Positions 51,997-64,000 of a stretch of DNA of 64,000 nucleotides are shown here, piece after piece; the first letter of the stretch is position 1, and each line of letters opens with the position of its first letter. Where the stretch lies: assembly GCF_964204645.1 (NCBI RefSeq), contig NC_134029.1, positions 19,152,950 to 19,216,949 of the forward strand, given 5' to 3'. The notes beneath the pieces are model-generated. The model did not search any database, had not been told where the DNA came from, and saw only the letters and a list, made by a program, of their open reading frames with translations. The stretch comes from Tubulanus polymorphus. Lineage: Eukaryota > Animalia > Nemertea. A program made the position numbers and the translations under genes.

Positions 51997-54900
51997 TGTA
52001 TGGAACCAGGAACGTTGAGCGAAGAGAGCAAAAGAGGAACACGTGCGTTTAGTAAGATGACTATCGAGTGTACAGATGTTTGGTGGGGAGTAGAATCGGG
52101 TATTTCGCGCCATATTTGATACTCGCATTTTGTAAACGCCCACCGCATCGAATGACACTGTTGTCAGTCACAAATAAGTTTAATTGGCGCGCTAAACTAA
52201 TCTTACGTTTATTGTACGAGGCCATGATTCCCGGAAATTCGTTATCTTGCAGATTTCGAATCCACGCTTGTTCTGCTAGACGCAAGTCCGGTACCGAAAT
52301 GTGACGGGTACTTTTATTCCCTTTGAGTCGCGTTATAAATTTCATGACGAGAGCGGTAACGCGTAACAATCTTTGGTAGCGTCGCGAATTCGGCGATTTC
52401 GATTATGTTATGTAATCCGCATATGTCTGTGATCGCAGTGGTGCAGACGAGTTGCGGCTCGTCGTAGATGAGCTCGTTGACATGCGTAATAGGCTCATCA
52501 AACATTTCGCATACTGGCCAATCGCCATTCGGAAGCCAATGTGGACCGTTCCACCACAGATCCGAATTTTGAAGTTCGGTCGCTTTTACTCCACGTGTGA
52601 GTAAATCGGCTGGGTTGTCTTTCGTGTAACAATACTTGATATCGTCGAAATCTCTCATTCGAATTTCCTTTACGCGGTTCTCAACAAATACGGGTAGCTT
52701 TTTCTGACTTCTAATCCAGTGAATAACAATTTGACTGTCAGACCATAGGATGGTCTTCACAATCTGAGCAGATTTCGTCAGCGAATCCACGATAAATTTC
52801 GATAGTCGCGTCGCAATGAGAGCTGCCATGAGCTCCATTCGTGGTAACGTGATCTCTTTTAACGGTTTCACTCGCGACTTAGCCATAACAATTGATACGT
52901 TATTATGGGAAATGCGTTTCAGATAGGCAACAGCAGCGTACGCAACAGTGCTTGCATCGGCAAACATATGCAATTCACAATTATCGCATATTCCAGTATC
53001 GAAATATTTCCGCCTGTAAGATATATCCCTAGCGTTTTCGAGTTCGGGATATATATTTCTCCATTCGTTCGCGAGATTTTCGGGCAAACGTTCATCCCAG
53101 TTCAATTTTCCGAGCCATAGCTTTTGAATGAACGTTTTCGCGCGTATGTGTACGGGTGAGAGTAACCCGAGCGGATCGTAGAGTTCAGACGTAGATCTCA
53201 GTACTTCGCGTTTCATTAGTAGTGGCTCAGAGTTATCAGATTTCGACTTCTTGTATGTCAACGAATCTTCTACAGTATCCCATACCAAGCCGACAACGTT
53301 GACAGATGCTTCCCGGTCGTGTCGATTGTCTTGTTGCATGACTGCTCTGAGTTGGGGGTCGTTGGTCGCCCACGATCTGAGTAAAAACCCGCCCTTCTCC
53401 ATCATCCAGTTCACCTCGTTGTAGAATGTGACAGCTTGATCTTCTATTCCAGTTAGAATGTTATCGACATAAATGTTCTCCATAATGTTTTCTGCTACCA
53501 GACACGATTCGTTCTCAAGGTGTGTTTTGATAGCGGCGTTGAGGATGAACGGTGAACTGACTGACCCAAACAACACTGACTTAAATTGATACACCTTGAA
53601 CTGACTTTCTCGGTCCTTTGGGTCAGAAAGCCACAGAAATTTGGTGTATTTTCGATCTTTTTCCTCGAGTCGTACATTCAGAAAGGCTTTTTCGATATCA
53701 CTGCTGATTGCAATGGTATTGAGTCGGAATCGTAGAAGAATCTGAACGAGATCGTTGATTAACGGTTCTCCGGCTTCCAGGCAATTCAGGCTGGGATTCC
53801 CTCTTACATTGAAGCTACAATCATAGACAATTCTTATGGGAGTTGTTTGCGAATCTTTCTTTACTGCGTGATGAGGGATGTAGTGGCCTGTATTCGGGTC
53901 GTTGTCTGGTATCTCTTCGATAAAGTCTCTTGCACACTGCTCTCGAATAATGTTGTCATAATGCTCTAGTAAATCTGATGATAGGTTGTGTGTCATCGCG
54001 CGTGTTCGTCTCTTGCATACACTGTAATTTGACGGAAGTGCTTCGTGATCACCTTTCCACGGTAGAGCCACCACGTATCTTCCATCTCCATCCCGACGAA
54101 GTTTTTCGGAACGATAATTGAGATACGATGTAGGTTTCGAGTCATTTTCGTCCTTTATCCCTATTGTCTCGAGGTCCCAGTAGCGAGATAGGTTTTCCTC
54201 TTCGTGAACAGGGCTCGTTAGAAGCTTAAAGCAAGTGGTCATCACCGTCGTTGATGGGAAATCTGTTGGTCCTGACAGGAGATAACCCAATTTTGAGGCA
54301 ACAGCTGTGGGGCCCTGTCCTCTGATGACCTTATCTTCGACTACGGACCAATAATGGTCTGCACCTATCAGGAGGTCAATTTCAAACGAATGGGTCGTAG
54401 CGTACGGTGCCAACTCAATTTTCTGCAGATAATCATAATTCGTTGCTGCCTTGTATACATAGTTTTTCATCAGTGTTGAGATCTTGGGTACGATAAGAGC
54501 ACGTATATCGATGGCTCCCGATGGCGTTTGTAGTTTTAGGTCAGTCACCCCAACTGATTGGATGCCAGATGTGTTGGCGCCAAATGCCGAAACGCATATA
54601 GTTTCCCGGTTGATGAAATTTAGGTCGATCGGAAGTCTTCTAGCGGCATCGTGAGAGATAAAGGAACGCTGCGCTCCCTCGTCGAAAAGAATGTTTACGA
54701 TAGTGGATCCGGAGTTTGCCGAAATTGAACCCACAGCTGTTTTCAATATGACTGTTCCAGATGTTGGTGTCAATTTGGCCTCTACGATGGTGGGATTCTG
54801 CTTCACTGACCGGTTCCCATGGCCTTCTCTCTCAGTGCAAAGTAGTGTGTGGTGTCGCCGATTGCATATTCTGCAAGTCCACCTTGAGTTGCAATTACTA

Positions 54901-56259
54901 ACTTTGTGGGTTCCAAGACAATTTAAACATAGTCTGTTTTTTCGGACAATTTCTTCTCGCTTTTCTGGCGACGTGACGACGGTGCATTCAATAGGTGTGT
55001 GGTTTCCTCTACAAAATTGACATTTTCTGATTGGTCGGTCACCCGGTTGTTCGCGTCGTTCGGGGTGTTGATTCCGAGTGATGAATGCTGATACAGATGG
55101 TAATTCATATACACTGGTAGGCCTATCTGACGATTCCGCTTCTGAGGCTTCTATTTCTTTCTTCAGAGCCTGTCGAAGCGTAGTGAGTGTCCAGTCTGTG
55201 TTGCCATTCCCACGAGTAAGCTGTTTCCTTACTGATCCGGGTATTTTTTCGAGTATAATTGGGACGAGAAGATCACCATACCCGTCTTCTGTCTTCCCTA
55301 GAGCATTCAAACCACGAATGTAACTATCTAAATTATCCGAGAATATTTTCAATTGAGTGATGTTTTCTCCTGGTTTAGGGAGCTCCCATAAAGCTTTCAT
55401 GTATGAACTTACGATTTTTTGTGGCTGGCCATATCGTGTCGTGAGCAGCTCTAACGCGTTGAGATAATTTGCATAGGCTAGAGCTAACCCTTCGATCGTA
55501 CGCGATGCCTCTCCGGTTACTAATCCTCTGAGGTACTGAAACTTGACGACATTATCGAGATGTTGATCGTTATGGATAGCTGAGTTGAAACTGTCCATGA
55601 AACCTTGCCAAGTGAGTATATCACCGTCAAACTTAGCGAGGGTGAGTTTGGGCAAGTTTAGCGTCTTGGATGTCCGTTGGTTGGTGGAGATTTCACTTAC
55701 ATTAAATGTTGATGTGTCGGCGCCTGGAGAGGTTTCAATCCGTTTCCGTTCAAGAAACTTTTTTAATTTTTCATTTTTGCTGATAATGTCTGTACTATAG
55801 TCGTCGGCTTCGATTATCGCTCGTTCTAGATCATTATCCTCAGTCATTTCGATTATGCCGTTATCTAATTGTTGAATGTTGCGTAACTTGGTCGTGCTTA
55901 ATTCGATTTTGGTTTCCAATTCGTCGAGGTCTTCCCCTGAAATTGTGGGCTTTTCGAGTACCGCCTCAGCCCCGGAGACAGCCTTGTTTAATAATCCACG
56001 GTAGGCTCCTCTTGATTTTCTCTGTCTTTCGATTGTACATGTATTCATTTGCGGGTCTGCAGTTGTAGCCATCCTGGTCACGGCACCAAAATGTATGGAA
56101 CCAGGAACGTTGAGCGAAGAGAGCAAAAGAGGAACACGTGCGTTTAGTAAGATGACTATCGAGTGTACTGATTTATTTACTGAGACGGATATACAGATGG
56201 TTGATTACAATATAGGTCATTAACAGAGTTCAAGTATAGGATAGATACAATTCCTGACA
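51997..56259 (-). mobile_element. BEL/Pao LTR retrotransposon, internally deleted (integrase core and part of 3' LTR missing)
   Basis: 5' LTR 56259-56092 (TG...CA, 168 bp). PBS TGGTGCCGTGACCAGGAT at 56088-56071 is tRNA-His-like. The 3' LTR remnant 52073-51997 is identical to 56168-56092 over 77 bp. 5-bp TSD CTTCT at 51992-51996 and 56260-56264. Confidence 0.93.
52314..56072 (-). CDS. BEL/Pao gag-pol polyprotein (gag with Cys/His knuckles, aspartic protease, RT, RNase H); continues frameshifted in 52369-52074
   Basis: Motifs: CQFCRGNH/CLNCLGTH/CRICNRRHH, LFDEGAQRSFI, SDIEKAFL, YVDN, FADAS, TLPRMELMAA, NPADLLTRG. The likely start is MATTADPQ, just after the PBS. Confidence 0.9.
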   Translation of the reverse strand: MATTADPQMNTCTIERQRKSRGAYRGLLNKAVSGAEAVLEKPTISGEDLDELETKIELSTTKLRNIQQLDNGIIEMTEDNDLERAIIEADDYSTDIISKNEKLKKFLERKRIETSPGADTSTFNVSEISTNQRTSKTLNLPKLTLAKFDGDILTWQGFMDSFNSAIHNDQHLDNVVKFQYLRGLVTGEASRTIEGLALAYANYLNALELLTTRYGQPQKIVSSYMKALWELPKPGENITQLKIFSDNLDSYIRGLNALGKTEDGYGDLLVPIILEKIPGSVRKQLTRGNGNTDWTLTTLRQALKKEIEASEAESSDRPTSVYELPSVSAFITRNQHPERREQPGDRPIRKCQFCRGNHTPIECTVVTSPEKREEIVRKNRLCLNCLGTHKVSNCNSRWTCRICNRRHHTLLCTEREGHGNRSVKQNPTIVEAKLTPTSGTVILKTAVGSISANSGSTIVNILFDEGAQRSFISHDAARRLPIDLNFINRETICVSAFGANTSGIQSVGVTDLKLQTPSGAIDIRALIVPKISTLMKNYVYKAATNYDYLQKIELAPYATTHSFEIDLLIGADHYWSVVEDKVIRGQGPTAVASKLGYLLSGPTDFPSTTVMTTCFKLLTSPVHEEENLSRYWDLETIGIKDENDSKPTSYLNYRSEKLRRDGDGRYVVALPWKGDHEALPSNYSVCKRRTRAMTHNLSSDLLEHYDNIIREQCARDFIEEIPDNDPNTGHYIPHHAVKKDSQTTPIRIVYDCSFNVRGNPSLNCLEAGEPLINDLVQILLRFRLNTIAISSDIEKAFLNVRLEEKDRKYTKFLWLSDPKDRESQFKVYQFKSVLFGSVSSPFILNAAIKTHLENESCLVAENIMENIYVDNILTGIEDQAVTFYNEVNWMMEKGGFLLRSWATNDPQLRAVMQQDNRHDREASVNVVGLVWDTVEDSLTYKKSKSDNSEPLLMKREVLRSTSELYDPLGLLSPVHIRAKTFIQKLWLGKLNWDERLPENLANEWRNIYPELENARDISYRRKYFDTGICDNCELHMFADASTVAYAAVAYLKRISHNNVSIVMAKSRVKPLKEITLPRMELMAALIATRLSKFIVDSLTKSAQIVKTILWSDSQIVIHWIRSQKKLPVFVENRVKEIRMRDFDDIKYCYTKDNPADLLTRGVKATELQNSDLWWNGPHWLPNGDWPVCEMFDEPITHVNELIYDEPQLVCTTAITDICGLHNIIEIAEFATLPKIVTRYRSRHEIYNATQRE

Positions 56260-57275
56260 CTTCTGTCCATCTTAGTATAATTGGGAACATCGCAAAATTT
56301 AAACACCGGTTCCTTTTTGAATACCTTTCTTTGCAAAATTCCAGACTCTGACCTAATTCCCAATGGCTGTGACCAACTCAACCGTGGCGCAGTTCGAATC
56401 CCAAGCGTCAACACTCATTCCTGATTTCTATTCGTGGGACTCATTTAAAGCCAGAAATAGTGATCCACAGGATTGAGCACAGTTCCTGTAGTTCGTAGTC
56501 TGAATACCCGTCATTGTAATTGGTTCCCCTACAACGGGTTGTTTGGGGAACAACGGCTGTACTAATGTCTATTTCAACCTGATTCGAGAGCATTCCAGGT
56601 GGCCTAGCTCACTCAGTTTTGGTAGTACATACCTGATAAAGGTCTTAGTAGGACCAGAAAGGACTGGCAGTGGACCTAAATCAAAATTTTGTAATCCATT
56701 TGAAACTGTATTGAAGGATATCCAAAAAGTCTTCACTGAAAGGGGTTCATGAGAGAAAAGAGACTCCATGATTGGAAAGTTTAACAATATGTCTCCATGC
56801 CTACCAACTGAAGTTTGGTATGTAGGCATGGAAACATATTGTTAAACTTTCAAATTATGTGTTTCCAAGAGGGCCAACAGCAGTGAAATGCTTAAGACTG
56901 AACTAACGGTACCTAATAATCAGTGTGGTAAAGCTTTTACAATCGGGCTTTGTGAAAATATTCGATCGTGAAACTAAACCACAGACAGGTTACTGAAGTT
57001 ACTGTCCTCACTAGACAATAGGCACCAGATGATTTTAGTTTGAATACCAGACGATCGATCTACGGATTGTTTCAGCAGCAATGGCTGGATCATCCTTGCT
57101 TGTCCCTGCCACTCACTGAAGCTTATGTTGCCCTGGCTGCACTTCGTTCATTGGTCTATTACAGGGCTTAGAAATTTTTGTCTGATGGTGATGCCAATCA
57201 GATGTGTTGTTTTGTCCACACAGTGATCTTTATCGTAAATTCATTTTATTTCCAGTGGCACAAACTCGCCGAATA

Positions 57276-60200
57276 ATGTCAAACATCAGTACTCTGGCTG
57301 AAGTGAAAAATTTGACAAGTCCGCATATCATCAGTGGTGCAATTTCGAAATGGCCGGCAAGTGAGTGGACTCCTGAATTGATCGCAGCAAAACTGAATGG
57401 AAAGAAAATTCAATTTCGAATTGGAAAAAGGTCTCACAGCCAAGGTATTGCCTTATTTCACTGGTCCATGTGGTCCTACCGCAGTTGATCATATATTGAG
57501 GGATAAAAAGTTAAAAAGTTGACTTAGGCCTAACCCTTGACTATAATTATATATTGATAGTAATGGCATTAATTTAAGCTGTGCCTGCGTGGGCGACGAG
57601 CATGGCAGGGTTTCGTACTGTGGTGAGTCTCAATGCAATGCCATCAGGTTTGAATCCCTGCCAGGGGAGGATACGTTGACCATTGCATCACAGTGAAAAG
57701 GGCGCTATTGAAATTGAATTACTCCTACTATTATCTTTTCTAAATTCAGATGTTCAGTGGGAAGCAAACTGTCATTACGTAATGGCTAGAATGAATGATT
57801 TCATCGAATGGGATGATGATGATAGGATCTTGAGCGAAACGAACCCATTATCACCTTATGGCAAGGCTGAATATTGGGCATACGCTGATTACAAGTACTT
57901 CACTGAACTTTTCGACGAATTGCCTGAAATACAAAAGGTATTGGTTTAATGTAACAAGTAAATACTGAAACCCTAACTTCGGTTTTATACTGCAATATCT
58001 TACAACACCTTGATTCTCCTCCAAATCTGTGAAATTAGGCTTAAAAATGATACCTTGTTTCTCCTAATCAGCCAGGTCATTTTGTAAACTGCAATGAAAT
58101 TTTTTATCAGTTCATTTCTATAGCTGTCACATCTGTAATGGTTAGCTTGATCATGATCTTTTTTAAACAGTAATGTACAGGGTAGATAGGCCACTGACGG
58201 TAAACTATTGAGCTCGGCAAAATAAGAAACAAGGTATCAATTTTTTCTGGCTTTACTCGGCAACATAGGTTCCTGGTCTAATCATCCAATTACACATGAA
58301 CTAGAATAACTAGAACAATTGATTGCAATGATAAACCTCTCTGAATTTTGAAATGTTCTCCTTGAATACTCGCTCAAAAAGTCCTCAAATTCTGGCTTGA
58401 AGTGATCATACAAAACCCTGTTTATGATTGCAAATAATATGGATCCAAACGTTGAGCTACCAGTAGGTCACTGGTAGTGTGTACCACCATCGAGCTGTCG
58501 TCAGTTTTTTTTTTAGCATAGTTCTATGTGTTAATTTAGGATGTTAACTGGGAAACGTTTGGTTTTGAAGGACGAGATGGCAAATCGAGCACATTTTGGC
58601 TCGGCAGTCGAGGAGCTTATACGCCTTGTCATCAAGACACGTACGGCTGTAACTTCGTAGCTCAAATCTATGGAAGGTACTGACACCATTTTCTCTGTTT
58701 TACTGCAATCGTCAGAGTTGAGTTAACGTAGTGAGTAGTCCCAAATACTAGGGGCTTACACTATGTACGTAGAAATATGTAGACACCATATCAAAAGTAT
58801 GGTGCCATCCTTCTTACAGAGGACCCTGCTTAACTCGGATTACGGTGGCACGAATAAATCTTGTTCCGTCAATGAAGAAATTCCAATTAAGCTTTCACAT
58901 TTTACATTCGCTTTATTTGGATAAGGTCAAAATCATGATTAAAAACTAATATCTACTATAAATGTTAAAAACTTGTTGCCCGAAGAACCCACAGAGCTAA
59001 TAAATAGCCACTTAGTAACTTGTTCAACTCTTGACTAAGATTTTAACGAAGATGTGTCGAACAGTGGCCAGACTTTGTTGGGACATTCCCAATTTGATTT
59101 TCCCACCGAATTGGCGCTACATTACAAAAGTGTGTTAGCCTTCGCCAGCAAGGTGTCAAGGTGTCGGCGTATGGAAAATCACTGTGAATAAAATCTTGGT
59201 TTCGTTACTCAAATTGTTCTTGATAAATAACAATTCAATTAACTTTTTTTCGACATCAATATCGTTTTCTTCTTCAGGAAGCGATGGATTCTTTTTCCGC
59301 CGGAGCAAACCTGCTTTATGTATCCGACGCGGTTGCCTTTTGAAGAATCGAGTATTTTCAGTCGAGTTAATGTCAAACAGCCTCATAAAAAGTTTCGAAA
59401 TTTTAGGGTAAGAGATATCATTTTACGCGAAACGATAAGTCCAAAAATATATTTTGATAATCCTTAACTTCATTTGCCTATTTGATGTGTGCATGTATTT
59501 TCAAGCTGGATTGTCATTGGCATCTGACTATTTGTAGAAAACGACTCCTAGCGTTGTGACGTTGGAACCCGGGCAAGTGTTATTTGTACCTCGACATTGG
59601 TGGCATCATGTTGAATCACTGGAAACGTCCATCAGCGTAAACAGCTGGATTGAATTGGTATGATATTCACTAGATAGTTATCGTTCAATTAGTTAGGTTA
59701 GCGATAATCAAAATTATAATTGACCAGTACTTCACAAGCGGTTAAAGTAGCGCTTATTATGAATAATTGTGCGATAGATAATGCTTTACATAATAATCAT
59801 TCCCCACTTTATCCAGATCATTTGGTATCAAGTTCATGATTAGAGTATCTATTTCATTTTGCCTCTGAATTCTTTGCCAAATATCGATGCAAGTACAGTT
59901 AACTCCTGATATACCGCCCACATCGGTGCAGAAAAATTTTGGCAGTATTGAGATTATGGCAGTATATCGGGGGTGTTTTACTATGTATTTGTATAGAGAT
60001 GTGCATTGAGAAAACCTGGCGGTAGGCGGGGTGGTGGTATATGGGAGGGCAGTATATCGGGGGGTTGACTGTAGATGTATTTGTTAAATATGCCCCTTCC
60101 GTTTTATATCCAGCCTGAAGATGATGAAAGCAGGCTCCACGAGGCTTTGTCCAGGCTAATCATCACATCTTTGATGGAAACTGACAGTACAATAGAGCTG

Positions 60201-61171
60201 GATGATTGGTTGAATCCAACTGAGGTAGGTCGATCAGAGATAATTTGGTAATTCAGCCCAACTCTAGAGGTTTTCCTTACCGTAAACTCGGATTTCACCG
60301 GATTGTGATTTATTAAAGAGTCATCGTAGAGGACAAAAGAATTCCGACACCTTTCCTAACTGTTTGAAAATTAGAAGTATTAAAATTCCTAGTATAACCT
60401 TAAGCATTCCTAGTATAACAGGGTAGAAAAAATTAATACCGGGCAAGACCTCACAGAAATGGTTGTATTTAAAGGATCGTTGTATGAAAGCGTTAACCGT
60501 GAGGTTGGAAACAAAGTATTTTGAAATATCAGTTCCAGTTAGAATATACAAAACTAAAAGAATGATACACATTGCAGACCATATCAATCTGCATTTTCTT
60601 GAGACGTCTATAGTTTAATGACATGGCATATGATGATAATGATGTAGGCCTATATGATTCGCAAACAACATAACAGTTGTTTGTCTCGCTCAGAAACGCC
60701 TTAAATTCCAGACTACAGACTTAGTAAGTAATTTGAATGGATGTTTAGAAATTTATAGTACACATATTTTCTATTCATCCACAGGATGTCCAGCCATATA
60801 AAGTCAACTTACGATACGTGAACAGTGCGGCATGTGCTTACAGAAACTCTAGAGTTCATCAAACCCCGGCGAATAACAATTGCGGTCGTTTGAAAAAACA
60901 GAAAACCTCAGACTCGCCGCATTCATCGCCGACTAACTGGACTGTGAATACTGCGAAATCCATGCCGTTTGAGCAATACTTGCAAACATTTGTCGAAATG
61001 GATAGTTTAGCGCATGTTGAATCGGATTTGGCAAATACTGATGCCGATGACGCTGACTCTCGGACCGTGTCGACAGCTGCTATTGTGCGAGCGCTCACCA
61101 ATCCTCGAATTATAAGACAGATTTCAGATTTGATTATAAATGAATTTGAAAGTCCCGTATTAGTTGAATAA
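57276..61171 (+). CDS. HSPBAP1: HSPB1-associated protein 1 (JmjC domain), ~413 aa
   Basis: Exons 57276-57444, 57750-57937, 58540-58676, 59278-59407, 59538-59657, 60114-60224 and 60785-61171 total 1242 nt. Motifs: YWAYADYKY, TPCHQDTYGCN, RKRWILFPP, YPTRLPFEESSIFS, LEPGQVLFVPRHWWHHVES. Confidence 0.92.
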
Positions 61172-64000
61172 TACACTTATTCTATTTTGTAAAAGTGCTT
61201 TTCAGCCAACTTGGGGACTAGCCTAGCGGGCTGTTGCATTCATTTTTCATCCTTCGCCTGTCCGTACCCTAGAAGCATCTCCAGCCCAGTGGCCCAATCA
61301 GAATCAAGATGGCTGATTGACGGCCATTAATATTTGCCAAAATCGGGGGAGGGGAGGGGTAAGAGCAATTGTGTAGTGTAATGCTCAATGTATATGAAAA
61401 AAAAATGGCCGATTTTGGGTACAGGGGGGTTGAAAAAGTGTACGTAATAAATGATCCCTTTATCAGCTGTTTATGCGTTATTGCAATTCCAAGAACTAAT
61501 TTTTATAGTCTATTTGGACCAGACCAATTTGAACCGAACCAGGTCCGTTCTAAATTTTGGAATGGACTAAATATGTGTATTTGGACAGAAACTGGTTTCA
61601 GGTCCGTTCTTAATCATGACGTATCTCTACGGTATGAATTCAATTGAAATAAACCGGTCACTAAATCCTCATCAGGCCGATCAATATAGTTTTCTGATTT
61701 AATATCATTTTCACATACCGTAAACTGTTAAGGCCTATGCTCGGACAAAAAACACTGGTTCCACTTGATTTGAGTTTTGGGCAGCAAACCATGCGAAGAC
61801 AAGGTAGACAATCGGGGATGGATCTAGCTTTTCAGAAAAGGGGGTGCACGCACAACTTACTCGGGTCACTACTTACATATGGGTTGGGGTCTGGGTATGC
61901 TCCTAAAGAAAATTTTGAAAAATTAGATCGATTCTGAGCACTTTCCTGGTTGAAATTAGTAATGAAATATGTTCGCAATTTCACCATTTTCTGAACAACA
62001 AGTCTTGGGTAGAAAATTCCAAGGTCAACCTGCCGAAAATAGGGGTGCATACGCCCCCTGCGCATCCCCTGGATCGACCACTGACAATTCCAAGTAGCAC
62101 ACAACATCCTTCGTAAAGAATCAAGAAAAATCCACTACCGCTATTCAATTTTCTCTTGCATTTTATTTTATCATAATTTCATCTCTATACACAATGTTTT
62201 GGCATCGATGTCTCGGGGGTCTTTAAACATATCGAAAGACAATTTACAACATCTCATTTACTATTTACATTCATCATAAAATATAAAAGTTTAAATATAT
62301 CGATATATATATATATATATAATAATAAAACAATATACTATGTACATACACATGTATTTATTTCGGTAAACAACAGTATTAGGCAAAATACTAGCAGTAA
62401 GTAGATTGATTTTCACCTTAAAAACTTAAGAATTAACATCGTCACGATCGACAGTAATACAGCAGCACCTATCAATTAACATGTACAATAGAACCCGCTT
62501 ATTCGGATCATTTGGGACGAAAAAAATTCCAGATTAAAAATTTTCTTGTATATTCATGAACAAATGGACTGAAAATAATCTGGATCACACCGAAATCCAG
62601 ATTAAGCCGATCCGGATTCAGCGGTTTGACTGTCACTGTACAATGTATAAACAAATTGTATATCAACATTATACAATGAAACTGATTGCAATTTTACACA
62701 CAATATTATACTGTAAATATATATACTAAATTATCAGAGCTATTGATTGTTTGTGGAGTACTGATATCTCGGATCACACCTCATACACTATTTTAGAGCT
62801 CGTGAAGAAAAAATTGCTTATTTCTCGCGTCATTTGTCAATTACTGGATGAATTGGAAAGGAATTATCATAGTCGGATAGAAACTACGGAAATACAACTG
62901 ACTCGGCTTCTGTAAGCACAAGCGGTACAAATTTGATTCCAGTTTGAAGTTTAACTGTGATTCAAAAAGAACAAATTTAAACTCGGAACTTATTCTAACT
63001 AATAATTTCGAAAATTTTTCGAAGGTCATTCAATAAGGTAACTGTTACCATGGTATTTCAACACTGGTTGATATGCGATGACATTCAAAAGCGACGCGCC
63101 GATCGAAAATTGGAATTTCAATAAATCGAGCTTCAGATTTTCGTAACCGATGAGCATTGAATTGCTATTGAGTAATATTGCATTAATAAATACATTCTAT
63201 TACACATTAATCACGATTGCCTATTTCATCAGGTTTATTCATCATAATAAACGATATAAATAACATACTATTATCATATAAGTATCTTGTGCAAGTACTG
63301 AGCGAGATATGTAAAAAGATACACGGTATCATAAGCCCTGGGGTCGTTCATCGAGTATGTACATGCATGCTTGCTGTACGCATGTTGGTAATGTTAATAT
63401 TGGCAAAAATTGTTCGTAAGTTGTGCATACGTGTGTACCTTATGATCGACCCCTTATGTATTACGTAAGGCTAAAAAAATTGATACCTCATTTCTCATTT
63501 TTGCTGAGCTTAAAAGCCTATCTACCCTGTACGTTTTAAAATTATGATCAGGCTAACGACAACAGACCCGGCCGTTATAGAAATGAACTGATTACAAATT
63601 TCAATACGGTTTACAAAATGATGCCGCCGATTAGGAGAAACAAGGTATCATTTCATTTTTGCGTAATTACCTGATTTATTCATCAAAACTGAGATTGCTT
63701 ACCCTCGCATTAACAAACCCTCAAATATCGATGCGCAAATATGGAAGTAAGTAAAAATTACATTTCAGAGGCCCGTCTGCATATGCCCAACATTTAGAAA
63801 AATATAACATACCGGTACACGGTATATCAAATGTTTTGATTTAAAGTTACTGCTGCATTCTGGCCGGTATTCGTGGCAAGTTTTGATTTAGATACTTTTC
63901 AGTTCCTTTCATATTGGCGAGATCTTTGATATTTCATAATTGCCGACATAAATTTCACTGATGTTAACTTTGCTGAATAAGACTGAATATACTGTAGGTT

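Noticed and set aside
56260-56413. Longer 5' LTR ending at another TG..CA boundary (56413)
   Set aside because: Only the 56259 boundary yields a matching CTTCT target-site duplication.
62100-64000. Possible gene at the right end
   Set aside because: AT-rich with no convincing ORF; it may be the 3' UTR of a minus-strand gene outside the window, but this cannot be supported here.

Overview
Eukaryotic (invertebrate animal, probably lophotrochozoan; inference) genomic DNA that is AT-rich and intron-rich, with many short DNA-transposon relics. Genes reconstructed by hand from GT-AG junctions: the 3' eight exons of a KLHL1/4/5-type kelch gene (+), an intronless divergent SLC1A/EAAT transporter (-), a UPF0235/C15orf40 homolog (+), a TMEM53/DUF829-like hydrolase (-), PHAX (-), two tandem EF-hand genes plus a relic third copy (+), and the JmjC gene HSPBAP1 (+). 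A young, internally deleted BEL/Pao LTR retrotransposon and a ~4.3-kb complex tandem array are also present. The strongest candidate for undescribed biology is a programmed stop-codon readthrough cassette at the end of the kelch gene: UGA-C, an 8-nt spacer, a GC-rich stem-loop, 48 open codons ending in a PDZ-type motif, then a second leaky UGA-CARYYA stop. Other leads are the rewired ion-coupling residues of the SLC1A protein, Penelope-type hammerhead cores, a satellite with exon/intron architecture, and a duplication that appears to have split a head-to-head promoter. Family assignments come from recalled motifs, not database searches.
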